From Cyanobacteriota bacterium (GTDB lineage Bacteria; Cyanobacteriota; Cyanobacteriia; Cyanobacteriales; Nostocaceae), in assembly GCA_046045965.1 (NCBI GenBank), contig JBJOKS010000010.1, forward strand, positions 1 through 64,000: DNA of 64,000 bases. Reading direction: 5' to 3'. Below, one piece after another: positions 51,421 to 62,335 of the stretch (positions are counted from its first letter, which is position 1; each line of letters starts with the position of its first letter). Position numbers and translations under genes: made by a program. The notes under the pieces were generated by a model that saw nothing but the letters and a program-made list of their open reading frames with translations, was not told the origin of the DNA and searched no databases.

Positions 51421-52893
51421 TTATCGTCCGCCGACGGTAATGGAATCAACTTTAATGTGGGGTTGTCCAACTGTGGTGTAAATGCTGCCACTGACGGAAC
51501 CACAAAAACCGGGAGCTAGTTCTAAATCTTTAGAACACATGGAAATTTTGTTCATAATTTCTTTTGCTTCGCCGATGAGGGTAGCGCCTTTTAATGGTTT
51601 GGTAATTTTGCCATTTTCTATTAAATAAGCTTCGTCAACACTAAAGTTAAATTGACCGGTTGCGCCGACACTTCCGCCACCCATTTTTTTGCAGTAAATA
51701 CCTTTATCAACGGAAGCAAATAAATCTTCGTTGCTGTATTCGCCGCTATCAATATAGGTGTTTCTCATGCGACTTGCAGCAGCAAAGGTGTAATTTTGAC
51801 GGCGACCACTACCGGTTCTGGGGTGTCCGGTTCTCGCTGAACCTGTTCTGTCAGCTAGGAAGTTTTTGAGAACGCCTTTTTCAATTAATAATGTTCTTTG
51901 GGCTGGCATTCCTTCGTCATCCATATCAATTGTTCCGAAGGCATTATCAGCACGTCCTTCATCCCAAGCTGTTAAACTTTCATGGGCGATTTTTTCACCT
52001 TTTTTATCCGCAAATGGTGTGGTTTTTCTTTCTATTTGGGTGGTTTCTAATAGGTGTCCGCAAGCTTCATGGAAAATTACTCCGCCAAAGTGATTGGCCA
52101 TAATTATGGGATAATTACCTGATTCTACATAATCTGCATAGAGCATTTTACCCGCAGATTCGGCGATTTGTTCGGAAGCTTGTTGATAATCCCAGGTTTT
52201 CAGGAAGTTGGGATCACTGGTGTTACCTGCACGTTCGGCTATGGAAGATCGGTTAGCACCATCAGCACAAAGAAGATTAAAGCCTACTGACTGGGTAAGG
52301 CGAATATCACGGGCAAATGTACCGTCACTACCAGCAACTAATACTTCTTGCCAGTCACGGAAATAAGAAGCGCGACGAGATTGGACGTGGGTAGCTTTTT
52401 TGTTGAGTTGAGCAGTACCATCAAGGAGTATTTCTCCCATTTCTCTGATAGAACTGCATAAGGGCAACCAGCCATCTTTACCGCGTTTGGTAGCGTAGTC
52501 TCTCAATAATTCTAGGTTGATTTCGGGGATGAAAGCTGTAGCTGCGGGTAGTTGCAAACCCATTATAGACAAACCTTTTTCTAAGGCTGCTTTTAAGCCG
52601 GCAAATGTTAGGTTATTGGTGCTAACGTAACAGTCAGCTTTGCCGCGAAATACTCTCACTCCTGCACCAGTGGCTAAACTGGGTGAGATGCTGGTGATGG
52701 TGTCGTCTTCTGCTAAACAACTAATGTAGTTACGACGTTCTAAGAAAAATTCTACAAAATCAGCACCAGCTGCGCGTCCTAGTCCCAAAAGTGTGGACAG
52801 GGGCGCTTCCCAAGTGTCATCAAAGCGTTCTGTTGTGGATGAATACTGTAGACTGGGGAGTTGATTGGAAAGAAGTAAGGTATTTGTAAGCAT
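51421..52893 (-). CDS. tldD: TldD metalloprotease
   Basis: HEACGH..E, DDEG, RMRNT, GFCG..SG...VGQPH. Confidence 0.92.
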   Translation of the reverse strand: MLTNTLLLSNQLPSLQYSSTTERFDDTWEAPLSTLLGLGRAAGADFVEFFLERRNYISCLAEDDTITSISPSLATGAGVRVFRGKADCYVSTNNLTFAGLKAALEKGLSIMGLQLPAATAFIPEINLELLRDYATKRGKDGWLPLCSSIREMGEILLDGTAQLNKKATHVQSRRASYFRDWQEVLVAGSDGTFARDIRLTQSVGFNLLCADGANRSSIAERAGNTSDPNFLKTWDYQQASEQIAESAGKMLYADYVESGNYPIIMANHFGGVIFHEACGHLLETTQIERKTTPFADKKGEKIAHESLTAWDEGRADNAFGTIDMDDEGMPAQRTLLIEKGVLKNFLADRTGSARTGHPRTGSGRRQNYTFAAASRMRNTYIDSGEYSNEDLFASVDKGIYCKKMGGGSVGATGQFNFSVDEAYLIENGKITKPLKGATLIGEAKEIMNKISMCSKDLELAPGFCGSVSGSIYTTVGQPHIKVDSITVGGR

Positions 52894-53318
52894 GAATAGC
52901 CTCGTCTGCTGCCGTTATCAGATATGTTAAAAAATCCTGGTGTGTTTACTCTAGCAATTTTCTTGAGAAGTCAGCATCCTGAACAACTTCTTTATGCATA
53001 ATCACTCTGTTTTTTGGCTAGTCGGTTGAGGATATTCTTGTTGATTAAGTGATGTATCTGACATGGATACAGTAGAACCATCTATTACTTTTACTTTTCG
53101 ACAACTACATGACGGGCGCGATCGCATAACGGTTTCGGTAATATTTCAAGGTTAGCAGCAAAACAAGCAGGTGTGAGTGTAAAAAATTTAATTGCCTTAC
53201 CTAAACGACAGCTTGGTTTTTGGGAACTATTTAACTAACATGGAAAATTAACGATTTCCAATCCACACAGGTGGTTATTTGTTGTGTATATATGGTTTGT
53301 AACCGAGTTTTTTAGGAA

Positions 53319-54443
53319 ATGTCTAACTTAGAAAATCAAGATCTTAATTTAGACCGTTCATTATCTGGGTATGATTATGAACTACCGACGGAGTTAATTG
53401 CCCAAAACCCAGCTGTTCCTAGAGATAGTTCACGTTTATTAGTGGTCAATTCTCCCAGTACAGGTCAGGAAATACCAGCCTTAAACCACATTTTTCGAGA
53501 TTTGTCAGAAATACTCAAACCTGGGGATTTGTTGGTAATGAATAACACAAAAGTTATTCCGGCTAGGTTGTATGGCCGCAAGTCAACAGGTGCTGAAGTG
53601 GAAGTGTTGCTGTTGGAAGAAAGACAGCATAACTGTTGGTTGGCTTTGGTAAAGCCGGGAAAGCATTTTAAAATAGGAACTCAAATTATTTTTGATGGGG
53701 ACAAATTAGCTCCTGGTAATGAATTGACGGCCACGGTTGTGGATAGGGATGAAGCAACTGGGGGACGCTTGTTACAGTTTGATGTACCGCAACATCAGTC
53801 TTTAGTGCAGGTGTTGGAGAAATTTGGAGAAATACCTTTACCTCCTTATATCAATGCGTCAACTGCGGCTGATGAACAATATCAAACTGTATACGCTCAG
53901 GAACAAGGTGCGATCGCAGCACCAACGGCAGGGTTACACTTTACACCAGAACTTTTCCAAAAATTGCGCGATCGCGGTATTAATCAAGCTTTTTTAACGC
54001 TACACGTCGGTGTGGGTACTTTTCGTCCTGTAGAAGTCGAAGATGTGACTACTCACCAAATGCACGCAGAATGGATTGAGGTGAGCGCCGCTACAGTAGA
54101 GCAAATCCGCGCTACTAAAGCCGCTGGAGGGCGAATTATTGCCGTTGGGACCACAGTAGTCCGAGCGTTAGAAGGTGCGGCACAATCTGGGGATTTACAA
54201 CCTTATGTGGGTAAGGTAAATTTATTTATTTACCCTGGTTATCAATGGCAGGTAGTTGAGGGTTTGATTACGAATTTTCACTTACCCCGTTCTAGTTTGA
54301 TGATGCTGGTAAGCGCCTTAATTGGTAGAGAAAGACTGTTGAAGATTTACCAACAAGCGATCGCATCTCAATATCGTTTCTATTCTTTTGGTGATGCTAT
54401 GCTCATTTTACCCGAAGCAACTATTAATGCTGGTGATTGCTGA
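53319..54443 (+). CDS. queA: S-adenosylmethionine:tRNA ribosyltransferase-isomerase
   Basis: [46 protein letters not shown]. Confidence 0.98.
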   Translation: MSNLENQDLNLDRSLSGYDYELPTELIAQNPAVPRDSSRLLVVNSPSTGQEIPALNHIFRDLSEILKPGDLLVMNNTKVIPARLYGRKSTGAEVEVLLLEERQHNCWLALVKPGKHFKIGTQIIFDGDKLAPGNELTATVVDRDEATGGRLLQFDVPQHQSLVQVLEKFGEIPLPPYINASTAADEQYQTVYAQEQGAIAAPTAGLHFTPELFQKLRDRGINQAFLTLHVGVGTFRPVEVEDVTTHQMHAEWIEVSAATVEQIRATKAAGGRIIAVGTTVVRALEGAAQSGDLQPYVGKVNLFIYPGYQWQVVEGLITNFHLPRSSLMMLVSALIGRERLLKIYQQAIASQYRFYSFGDAMLILPEATINAGDC

Positions 54444-54553
54444 TTGGGGATCGGGAATAATATTTATCACCCATTACCCATTACCCATTACCCATTTATG
54501 AATTAAATTGTGAATTTTTGATGTAGTTATGGGTACTCTGGTGTTGTGAGGAT

Positions 54554-55711
54554 ATGAACGATAAATACAGGGCTGCTAATATGTCTAAAAAACTTCATTC
54601 TAATCAGTGTTTACACAGTCATTTAAAAGTGGCATTTTCCAAAAATTCTGCACAGCAACTAGGATTTTTGTTGACGACTTCAGCATTTTTATTGTTGGCA
54701 TTACCGACATTTATTAATACACCAGGTAGTAAGGTGTTGGCGCAAAATGTGGTTTCTCAGGATTTGGATGCAGCAATTTTATACCAACTGGGAGTTACAC
54801 GTTATAACCGCAAAGACTTACAAGGTGCAGAATTAGCTTTTCGTCAGGCTTTACAGCGAGATCCTAAGATTGGGTTAGCACGGAATTATTTAGGTAATAT
54901 TTTGATAGAGCAAAATCGCCTAGATTTGGCTGTACAAGAATATGGGGAAGCAATTAGACTGATTCCCAATTTTGGTGAAGCTTATTACAATTTAGGGTTA
55001 GCTTTGCAAAAACAGGGACAAAAAGAAGCAGCAATTACTGCTTATCGCCAAGCGTTGTTAGTCAGTCCGACAATGGCAAATGCCCACTATAATTTAGGTT
55101 TACTCTTGTATGAACAAGAACAGCGTCAGGAAGCGATCGCTGCTTATCAGCAAGCTATTAATTTAGATAGCAGTAATGTGGATGCTTACTTGAATTTAGC
55201 GATCGCTCTCCAGCAAGAAGGTCAAACAGAACAAGCAATTTCTAACTATCGTCAAGTTTTAAAGCTTGATCCTAAAAATACCGTAGCCTACAATAATTTA
55301 GGTGCTTTATTAGTGATTCAAGGTCAACCTTCAGAAGCTATTGCTGTTTACCAACAAGCTATTCGCCAAAATTCCAAAAATGCTTTAGCTTACTATAACT
55401 TAGGAGTGACTTTATATAATCAAGGAAATCTCCAACTAGCAAATCAAGCATTTAAACGCGCTCGTCAAGAATATGGTCAACAAGGAAATACAGAACAAGC
55501 TGCAAAAATTGACGAGATGACACAGAAAATTGCCCAGTTTTTAGCACCCAAAAAACCTGAAGTTCTTCCAGTAACAACCCCTACTCCTAATCAAGATCCT
55601 AATAAAGATTTAGTATTACCACCACCTGAAGAAGCAATACCAATTAATTCGACTAATGAACCTCAAAAAGAGGAGGAACAGTTACAAAAACCTGAAGAAA
55701 TGGGTAAATAG
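54554..55711 (+). CDS. Exported TPR protein
   Basis: Signal-like segment and about 7 AYYNLG-type TPR repeats; start may be 54581. Confidence 0.9.
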   Translation: MNDKYRAANMSKKLHSNQCLHSHLKVAFSKNSAQQLGFLLTTSAFLLLALPTFINTPGSKVLAQNVVSQDLDAAILYQLGVTRYNRKDLQGAELAFRQALQRDPKIGLARNYLGNILIEQNRLDLAVQEYGEAIRLIPNFGEAYYNLGLALQKQGQKEAAITAYRQALLVSPTMANAHYNLGLLLYEQEQRQEAIAAYQQAINLDSSNVDAYLNLAIALQQEGQTEQAISNYRQVLKLDPKNTVAYNNLGALLVIQGQPSEAIAVYQQAIRQNSKNALAYYNLGVTLYNQGNLQLANQAFKRARQEYGQQGNTEQAAKIDEMTQKIAQFLAPKKPEVLPVTTPTPNQDPNKDLVLPPPEEAIPINSTNEPQKEEEQLQKPEEMGK

Positions 55712-55838
55712 GTAATAGGTAATAGGTAATAGGTAATAGGTAATAGGTAATAGGTAATAGGTAATAGGTAAAAACTCTTTTCTGTCACCTGTCACCTGTC
55801 ACCTGTCACCTGTCACCTGTCACCTGTCACCTGTCACC
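55707..55838. repeat. STRR block (AATAGGT x9, CTGTCAC x8)
   Basis: Two perfect arrays between convergent genes. Confidence 0.95.
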
Positions 55839-56533
55839 TAAATTGGTAAACGATTAATATCTTTATTACAGCCAATAACTACCATTGCTGAACCACGTTC
55901 TAAACGCTTGTTAGAGTCAGGATTAATCTTAAATTTACCATCCTGACTCACTGCTAACAAATTTAAACCGTAACGGTTTCTGAGTTGAATTTCTGCAACA
56001 GTTTTACCATGAAATTCATCGGGTACAATTACTTCAACAATGCTATGATCTGGATCAAGGTCAAATCGATCTAAAATTGATGGTTTAGTCAGTGTCCTTG
56101 CTAAAGCACAACCAGCTTCATATTCTGGGAATACTACATGATCTGCTCCCACTCTTTTTAACAACTTGCGGTGAACTTCACTCGAAGCTTTAGCAACTAC
56201 ATGAGGTACACCAGCTTCTTTGACATTGAGAGTGGTGATAATACTTTCTTGAATATAGTTACCAATAGCTACAATTACGGTATCAAACTCCAGAATACCA
56301 GCTTCTTTGAGTGCAGCAGGTTCAGTTGAATCTAATTGTACTGCATGACTGACTATTTCATCAGTTAAAGCCTCAGCAACCAGCTTTTCATCAACATCTG
56401 TAGCTAGAACTTGATAACCTAAACTGTGCAGTGTTGCACAAACAGAACGACCAAAACGCCCTAAACCAATTACAGCAAATTGCTGGTTATCTTGACGTAA
56501 ACTGCGAAAAAATTTTAATGATGAAAGGTTCAT
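55838..56533 (-). CDS. ktrA: Ktr/Trk K+ uptake RCK subunit
   Basis: IGLGRFG, GAD.V..PE, RCK-C domain. Confidence 0.92.
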   Translation of the reverse strand: MNLSSLKFFRSLRQDNQQFAVIGLGRFGRSVCATLHSLGYQVLATDVDEKLVAEALTDEIVSHAVQLDSTEPAALKEAGILEFDTVIVAIGNYIQESIITTLNVKEAGVPHVVAKASSEVHRKLLKRVGADHVVFPEYEAGCALARTLTKPSILDRFDLDPDHSIVEVIVPDEFHGKTVAEIQLRNRYGLNLLAVSQDGKFKINPDSNKRLERGSAMVVIGCNKDINRLPI

Positions 56534-56540
56534 TTTTAAC

Positions 56541-56683
56541 TAGGGAACAGGGAACAGGGAACAGGAAACAGGGAACAGGGAACAGAAGGCAAAAGGCAAA
56601 AGGCAAAAGGCAAAAGTAGGTAATAGGGAATAAAAAATAGTGTTTACCGATAATTACCCATTACCAATTACCCATTACCAATT
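56541..56683. repeat. STRR block (GGGAACA, GGCAAAA, ATTACCC)
   Basis: Arrays between ktrB and ktrA. Confidence 0.88.
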
Positions 56684-58016
56684 AACCAACAAGTAAATTT
56701 TCTTCAGGATAGTGAACTCTACTAGGACGAGGATCACCTAATATAGCCGACATTAATAATAGAACACCGACTCTCCCTATATACATGGTGATAATTAAAA
56801 TCAGTTTTGCCGCTATGGAAACAGTACCAGTTATACCTGTTGATAAACCTACTGTAGCAAAAGCTGATACCACTTCAAACAGAATTTGAATAAACTCTAA
56901 GTTGGGGTCTGTGAGACTAATTAAAATTGTTGCACCTATCACTGTAGCTAGAGAACCAACTACTACACCCACAGCTTTTAATATTAGTGATATTGCTATC
57001 TTCCGATCATAGAGTAAAACTTCTTCTTTCCCTTGGAGTATGGTTTTTGTACAACTGGTGAGAACTCTCAATGTTGTTGTTTTTATACCTCCTCCTGTAC
57101 CACCTGGACTTGCACCAATAAACATTAATGCAATCGTAATAAATAAACCTGCATCTGTCATTTTTCCAATATCAATGGTGTTAAAACCAGCAGTTCTGGG
57201 GGTGACAGATTGAAACCAAGCTAATAATAATTGATCAGAAAAACTAAAATTAGCAAATGTTTGAGGATTTCTGATTTCTATACACAAAAAAGCGATTGTT
57301 CCCAATACTAAAAGCAGCAAAGTTGTACTGGTGGCGACTTTAAAATCAAGAGAAAATACTATAGCATTGGGTTTCTTCAAAAATCGATCACGCAACCAAA
57401 GATACATATCTAAAATTACTTGATAACCAATTCCTCCAAAAATAATTAAGCCTGTAACTGTGAACACTACTAACCCAGAAGTTTGATAACCTATTAAACT
57501 ATCTTTAAACAGGCTAAAACCTGCATTATTCCAAGCATTAACACTATGAAATATGGCTAACCAAAGTCCTTTATTCCATCCAAAATCTTTAACAAAAGCC
57601 GGCAGTAATAACAATATTCCCGTAATTTCAAAAATCATGGTTGTAGCAATAATTGAACGAATGATTTGCGTACTACCACTCATTCCTGGACGGTCTAAAG
57701 CTTGTTGAATTGCTACTTTTTGCCTTAGATCAAATCTTCTGCCAATTAACAAAATCAAAAATGTGGTAGTGGTCATGTATCCTAAACCACCAATTTGAGC
57801 CAACATCATAATAAATAATTGACCCCAAAAGGAAAAATCAGTACCAGTATCAACTACAGCTAACCCCGTAACGCACACTGCGGAGGTTGAGGTGAATAGT
57901 GCTACAATGGGGTCATTCCACATACCATTGCTAGTTGAGAAAGGCATCATTAACAGGATAGTTCCTGCTAGAATGACAGCCAGAAATCCCAAGCAGATTG
58001 TCCGAGCAACAGTCAT
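56682..58016 (-). CDS. ktrB: Ktr/Trk K+ uptake membrane subunit
   Basis: SAVCVTGL, NNAGF, RTAGF, GGTGGGIK, SAFATVGLS, M.IGRVG. Confidence 0.93.
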   Translation of the reverse strand: MTVARTICLGFLAVILAGTILLMMPFSTSNGMWNDPIVALFTSTSAVCVTGLAVVDTGTDFSFWGQLFIMMLAQIGGLGYMTTTTFLILLIGRRFDLRQKVAIQQALDRPGMSGSTQIIRSIIATTMIFEITGILLLLPAFVKDFGWNKGLWLAIFHSVNAWNNAGFSLFKDSLIGYQTSGLVVFTVTGLIIFGGIGYQVILDMYLWLRDRFLKKPNAIVFSLDFKVATSTTLLLLVLGTIAFLCIEIRNPQTFANFSFSDQLLLAWFQSVTPRTAGFNTIDIGKMTDAGLFITIALMFIGASPGGTGGGIKTTTLRVLTSCTKTILQGKEEVLLYDRKIAISLILKAVGVVVGSLATVIGATILISLTDPNLEFIQILFEVVSAFATVGLSTGITGTVSIAAKLILIITMYIGRVGVLLLMSAILGDPRPSRVHYPEENLLVG

Positions 58017-58129
58017 AATTAATTCACAATTTTCCTGTAAAAGCAAAATCGCCTGATCTAATTAAATACACAGATGGTAGCCTAAAAATATATTTTTTTA
58101 ACTTCGGCTTGGTCTTTATCTGTGGAATC

Positions 58130-58972
58130 ATGAGTACAACACTTTATCAGCAAATTCAAGAGTTTTATGATGCTTCCTCTGGTTTGTGGGAGCAAATTTG
58201 GGGAGAACATATGCACCACGGCTATTATGGTGCAGATGGTAAGCAGCAAAAAGAACGTCGTCAGGCACAAATTGATTTAATTGAAGAAGTGCTGAAATGG
58301 TCAGGGGTCAAGGATGCTGAGAATATTCTTGATGTAGGTTGTGGAATTGGTGGCAGTTCTTTATACTTGGCACAAAAGTTTAATGCTCAGTCCACGGGAA
58401 TTACACTCAGCCCTGTACAAGCCGCTAGAGCGAAGGAAAGAGCTTTGGAGGCTAATTTGGGTGCAAGAAGTCAGTTTCTAGTGGCCAATGCTCAGGAAAT
58501 GCCTTTTGCGGATAATTCTTTTGACCTGGTGTGGTCGCTAGAAAGTGGTGAACATATGCCAGATAAAACAAAGTTTCTGCAAGAGTGCTATCGAGTTTTA
58601 AAGCCTGGTGGTACTTTGATTATGGTGACATGGTGTCATCGTCCTACGGATGTTTTACCTTTGACTGCTGATGAACAAAAGCATTTACAGGATATCTATC
58701 GGGTGTATTGTTTACCCTATGTGATTTCTTTGCCTGAGTATGAGGCGATCGCCCATCAATTACCATTAAACAACATTCGCACCGCTGATTGGTCCACTGC
58801 TGTTGCTCCTTTTTGGAATTTTGTGATTGATTCTGCTTTTACTCCCCAGGCATTTTTCGGGTTACTGTTTTCTGGTTGGAGTACAATTCAAGGGGCGCTT
58901 TCTTTGGGCTTGATGAGTCGGGGTTATGAACGGGGTTTAATTCGGTTTGGTTTATTGTGTGGAAATAAATAA
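58130..58972 (+). CDS. vte4: Gamma-tocopherol methyltransferase
   Basis: WGEHMHHGYY, LDVGCGIGGS, SLESGEHMPDK; adjacent to homogentisate phytyltransferase. Confidence 0.9.
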   Translation: MSTTLYQQIQEFYDASSGLWEQIWGEHMHHGYYGADGKQQKERRQAQIDLIEEVLKWSGVKDAENILDVGCGIGGSSLYLAQKFNAQSTGITLSPVQAARAKERALEANLGARSQFLVANAQEMPFADNSFDLVWSLESGEHMPDKTKFLQECYRVLKPGGTLIMVTWCHRPTDVLPLTADEQKHLQDIYRVYCLPYVISLPEYEAIAHQLPLNNIRTADWSTAVAPFWNFVIDSAFTPQAFFGLLFSGWSTIQGALSLGLMSRGYERGLIRFGLLCGNK

Positions 58973-59154
58973 TTCAGAAGTCAGGAGTTCAGGAGTTCAG
59001 GAGTATGGCTAACGCCACGCTTCGCTATCAGGAGTTCAGGAGTTCAGAATAAATAAGAATGAACAAGCAAAAATAAAACAACACAATTAATCTTTACTCT
59101 TGCCTTTTGCCTTTAGCTTTATCATAACGACAATTTTTAACATCACCCAAATTA
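58973..59154. mobile_element. Degenerate MITE-like element with GGAGTTCA repeats and a nested small repeat
   Basis: Right end is an inverted copy of the 29307 element left end (CATAACGACAATTTT); ATGGCTAACGCCACGCTTCGCTATC inserted in an octamer array. Confidence 0.55.
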
Positions 59155-59157
59155 ACA

Positions 59158-60099
59158 ATGAATCAATTTTCTCAACAAAATTCACCTATTTTTCCAGTCA
59201 GTTGGCTTTATGCTTTTTGGAAGTTTTCCCGTCCACATACCATTATTGGCACAAGTTTAAGTGTTTTGGGTTTGTATTTACTAACCCTTGGTGTCAGTTC
59301 TTCAAGTTTTTCTGTAGTTCATTTAGGTCAAATTTTCGGAACTTGGTTAGCTTGCATATCTGGAAATATCTATATTGTGGGTTTGAACCAATTGGAAGAT
59401 GTTGATATTGACAAGATTAATAAACCTCATTTACCTATTGCTTCAGGAGAATTTACCAAAGAACAAGGAACTTTAATAGTTGTTATTACTGGTATTTTAG
59501 CTTTGGTTGTAGCTTGGCTAAATGGACCATATTTGTTGGGAATGGTGGGGATAAGTTTATTAATTGGTACTGCTTATTCTTTACCACCAATTCGCTTGAA
59601 ACAATTTCCTTTTTGGGCGGCTTTGTGTATTTTTTCCGTGCGGGGAACTATTGTTAATTTAGGACTGTTTTTGCATTTTAGTTGGTTATTGCAAAGAAGC
59701 CAAGGTATCCCTGCTGCTGTATGGGTTTTGACGGCGTTTATTTTGGTGTTTACATTTGCGATCGCTATTTTTAAAGATATCCCTGATATGGAAGGTGATA
59801 AACTTTATAATATTACTACTTTTACTCTCCAATTAGGACAACAAACAGTATTTAATCTTGCCCTTTGGGTGTTAACAGTTTGCTATATGGGGATGATTTT
59901 TGTTGGTGTGTTACGGTTAGCTGAAGTTAACCCCATCTTTATATTTATCACCCATATTATACCCTTGATTTTGATGTGGACAAAAAGCAGAAAAGTAGAC
60001 TTACAAGATAAAAGTGCAATTTCTCGATTTTATCAATTTATCTGGAAACTGTTTTTCATCGAATATCTAATTTTTCCCTTTGCTTGTATTTTAGCCTAA
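59158..60099 (+). CDS. hpt: Homogentisate phytyltransferase
   Basis: FSRPHTIIGT, NQLED..IDKINKP.LP.ASG, KDIPDMEGD, FYQFIWKLF. Confidence 0.95.
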   Translation: MNQFSQQNSPIFPVSWLYAFWKFSRPHTIIGTSLSVLGLYLLTLGVSSSSFSVVHLGQIFGTWLACISGNIYIVGLNQLEDVDIDKINKPHLPIASGEFTKEQGTLIVVITGILALVVAWLNGPYLLGMVGISLLIGTAYSLPPIRLKQFPFWAALCIFSVRGTIVNLGLFLHFSWLLQRSQGIPAAVWVLTAFILVFTFAIAIFKDIPDMEGDKLYNITTFTLQLGQQTVFNLALWVLTVCYMGMIFVGVLRLAEVNPIFIFITHIIPLILMWTKSRKVDLQDKSAISRFYQFIWKLFFIEYLIFPFACILA

Positions 60100-60108
60100 A
60101 TTAAAACT

Positions 60109-60567
60109 ATGTTAGACAATTCACCTCTGGGTAATATCATCTCTATCTCTTTTGTCGTTACCAGTATCGGCTTCCTCATTTATTTTGCCTGGAAAACCTT
60201 AATTACCTCAAACTTATACCAAAAAGGAGTTACTCTTTTTCAAGCTAAAGATTATGATGGCGCAGAAGCAGCTTTTCGTCAAGTAATTGCCATCAATGCC
60301 ACTAATGATGTAGTAAGATTATTATTAGGTGATTTGTTAAACCACCAAGGTAAAATTGAGGAAGCAAAACAAGTATTTAGTGATGTAATTAATCGTAGTT
60401 CCAAAAATCCTGATGCTTATTTAAGGTTAGCCAATATTTTATTATTGCAAAACCATCGGGAAGAGGCAATAAAAAACTTACAAACATCAAAAGCTTTATT
60501 CCAAAAACAACGTCAACCACAAAAAGCAGCAACTATAGATAAAATTCTCAAAGAAATAGGGAGGTGA
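60109..60567 (+). CDS. Membrane-anchored TPR protein
   Basis: N-terminal TM and 3 TPR-like repeats. Confidence 0.85.
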   Translation: MLDNSPLGNIISISFVVTSIGFLIYFAWKTLITSNLYQKGVTLFQAKDYDGAEAAFRQVIAINATNDVVRLLLGDLLNHQGKIEEAKQVFSDVINRSSKNPDAYLRLANILLLQNHREEAIKNLQTSKALFQKQRQPQKAATIDKILKEIGR

Positions 60568-60647
60568 CTCTTTACTGGGGACTGGAGAAGCAGGGGAAGC
60601 AGGGGAGGTTAATAACCCAATTACCAATGACAAATTACTAATAACTA

Positions 60648-61361
60648 ATGACTAAAAATAAAGTTTACATTGTTGGTGCTGGACCTGGAGACATTGAATA
60701 TTTAACAGTTAAAGCCTATCGGCTTTTAGCATCGGCTGAAGTTTTAATTTATGATGCTTTAGTAGATAGAGAATTGTTAGAATGTGTACCACAAAATTGT
60801 TTAAAATTAGATGTAGGTAAACGTGGTGGTAAACCCAGCACTCCCCAGGGAGAAATTAACAGTTTATTGGTCAAGCATTGCCGGGAAGGGAAACAAGTTG
60901 TTAGACTTAAATCAGGTGATCCGTTTATTTTTGGTCGTTGTATTTCCGAAATAGAAGCCTTAAAAGCTGCGGGTTGTGAATTTGCAGTCATACCGGGAAT
61001 TTCTTCAGCTTTAGCAGCACCTTTATTAGCAGGAATACCCTTAACAGATACCGTACTCAGTCGTTGTTTTGCTGTGTTGACAGCACATGAACCAGAGGTT
61101 TTAGACTGGGAAGCACTATCAAGAATAGAAACTTTGGTAATTTTAATGGGGGGAAAAAATTTAGCAGAAATAGTCCATCAACTGCTAAGATATAGGCGAT
61201 CGCACTCCACACCCATTGCTATTATCCGTTGGGCAGGAACTCCCAGTCAAGAAATATGGACAGGTGAACTGGGTAATATTTTGGCACAAACTGCCGATTT
61301 ATCTCTCTCCCCTGCTGTAATTGTCATTGGTGAAGTTGTAGGATTACGGAATTTCCTATAA
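60648..61361 (+). CDS. cobA: Uroporphyrinogen-III C-methyltransferase
   Basis: VGAGPGD, YDALV, RLKSGDPFIFGR, PGISSA, PAVIVIGEVV. Confidence 0.95.
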   Translation: MTKNKVYIVGAGPGDIEYLTVKAYRLLASAEVLIYDALVDRELLECVPQNCLKLDVGKRGGKPSTPQGEINSLLVKHCREGKQVVRLKSGDPFIFGRCISEIEALKAAGCEFAVIPGISSALAAPLLAGIPLTDTVLSRCFAVLTAHEPEVLDWEALSRIETLVILMGGKNLAEIVHQLLRYRRSHSTPIAIIRWAGTPSQEIWTGELGNILAQTADLSLSPAVIVIGEVVGLRNFL

Positions 61362-61412
61362 CATGAAAAAATATAAACTCTTATCAATTACTCCTCTTCC
61401 AACTATAAAATC

Positions 61413-62240
61413 GTGCATAGCAATATCCCTATATCCCCGTCCCCCCATCCTCATGACTTTCCCCTCACAGGTAAAACCATCCTAGTTACCCGTTCAGTGG
61501 GACAGTCTAGCCAATTTAGCGATCGCCTGACAGACGCAGGTGCTAAAGTAATTGAAATGCCAGCTTTGGAAATTGGACCCCCTAGCAGTTGGAAAGCTTT
61601 AGATCAAGCAATATCTAATTTATCAACTTTTGACTGGTTAATTCTGACTTCTAGCAACGGTGTAGAATACTTTTTTAGCAGACTCCAAGCCAAAGGAAAA
61701 AATAAAAATGCCTTAGCTAAGGTTAAAATTGCTGTTGTGGGTGAAAAAACAGCTAAAAGTTTGAAAAAACAGCATATCCAAGCAGATTTTATTCCTCCCC
61801 ACTATATTGCTGATTCTTTAGTTGTCAACTTTCCTGAAAAATTAGCAGGTAAAAAGATTTTGTTTCCCAGAGTTGAAAGTGGAGGGAGAGAAGTTTTAGT
61901 TAAACAATTAACGTCCAAGGGTGCAGAAGTCATTGAAGTTCCCGCTTATGAATCTTCTTGTCCCCAGAATATTCCCCCAGCAGCAGAAATAGCTTTGCAA
62001 AATCATACTTTAGATATCATTACCTTTGCAAGTTCCAAAACTGTACAATTTTTCTGTCTATTAACAGCAACAAAATTTCCCGAAGGAATTACCCATTATC
62101 TAGAAAACACTTGCATTGCTTCCATCGGTCCCCAAACTTCTAAAACTTGTTTTGATTTATTTGGCAGGGTCGATATAGAAGCGGAAGAATACACTGTAGA
62201 TGGTTTACTCAAAGCAATTATTCAATGGGCTAGTAAGTGA
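61413..62240 (+). CDS. hemD: Uroporphyrinogen-III synthase (same frame as cobA; start uncertain)
   Basis: GKTILVTR, LTSSNGV, AVVGEKTA, TFASS, SIGP.TS. Confidence 0.9.
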   Translation: MHSNIPISPSPHPHDFPLTGKTILVTRSVGQSSQFSDRLTDAGAKVIEMPALEIGPPSSWKALDQAISNLSTFDWLILTSSNGVEYFFSRLQAKGKNKNALAKVKIAVVGEKTAKSLKKQHIQADFIPPHYIADSLVVNFPEKLAGKKILFPRVESGGREVLVKQLTSKGAEVIEVPAYESSCPQNIPPAAEIALQNHTLDIITFASSKTVQFFCLLTATKFPEGITHYLENTCIASIGPQTSKTCFDLFGRVDIEAEEYTVDGLLKAIIQWASK

Positions 62241-62265
62241 CTCTTTACTGGGGACTGGGGACAGA

Positions 62266-62335
62266 AAGCAGGGGAAGCAGGGGAAGCAGGGGAAGCAGGG
62301 GAAGAAACAACTAATGACTAATGACTAATAACTAA
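62266..62335. repeat. Nonamer AGCAGGGGA and heptamer CTAATGA repeats
   Basis: 4 nonamers and 3-4 heptamers. Confidence 0.85.

Noticed and set aside
54523..54536. GTA-N8-TAC NtcA-like site before the TPR gene
   Set aside because: No properly spaced -10 element and GC-rich spacer; such matches arise by chance in 64 kb.
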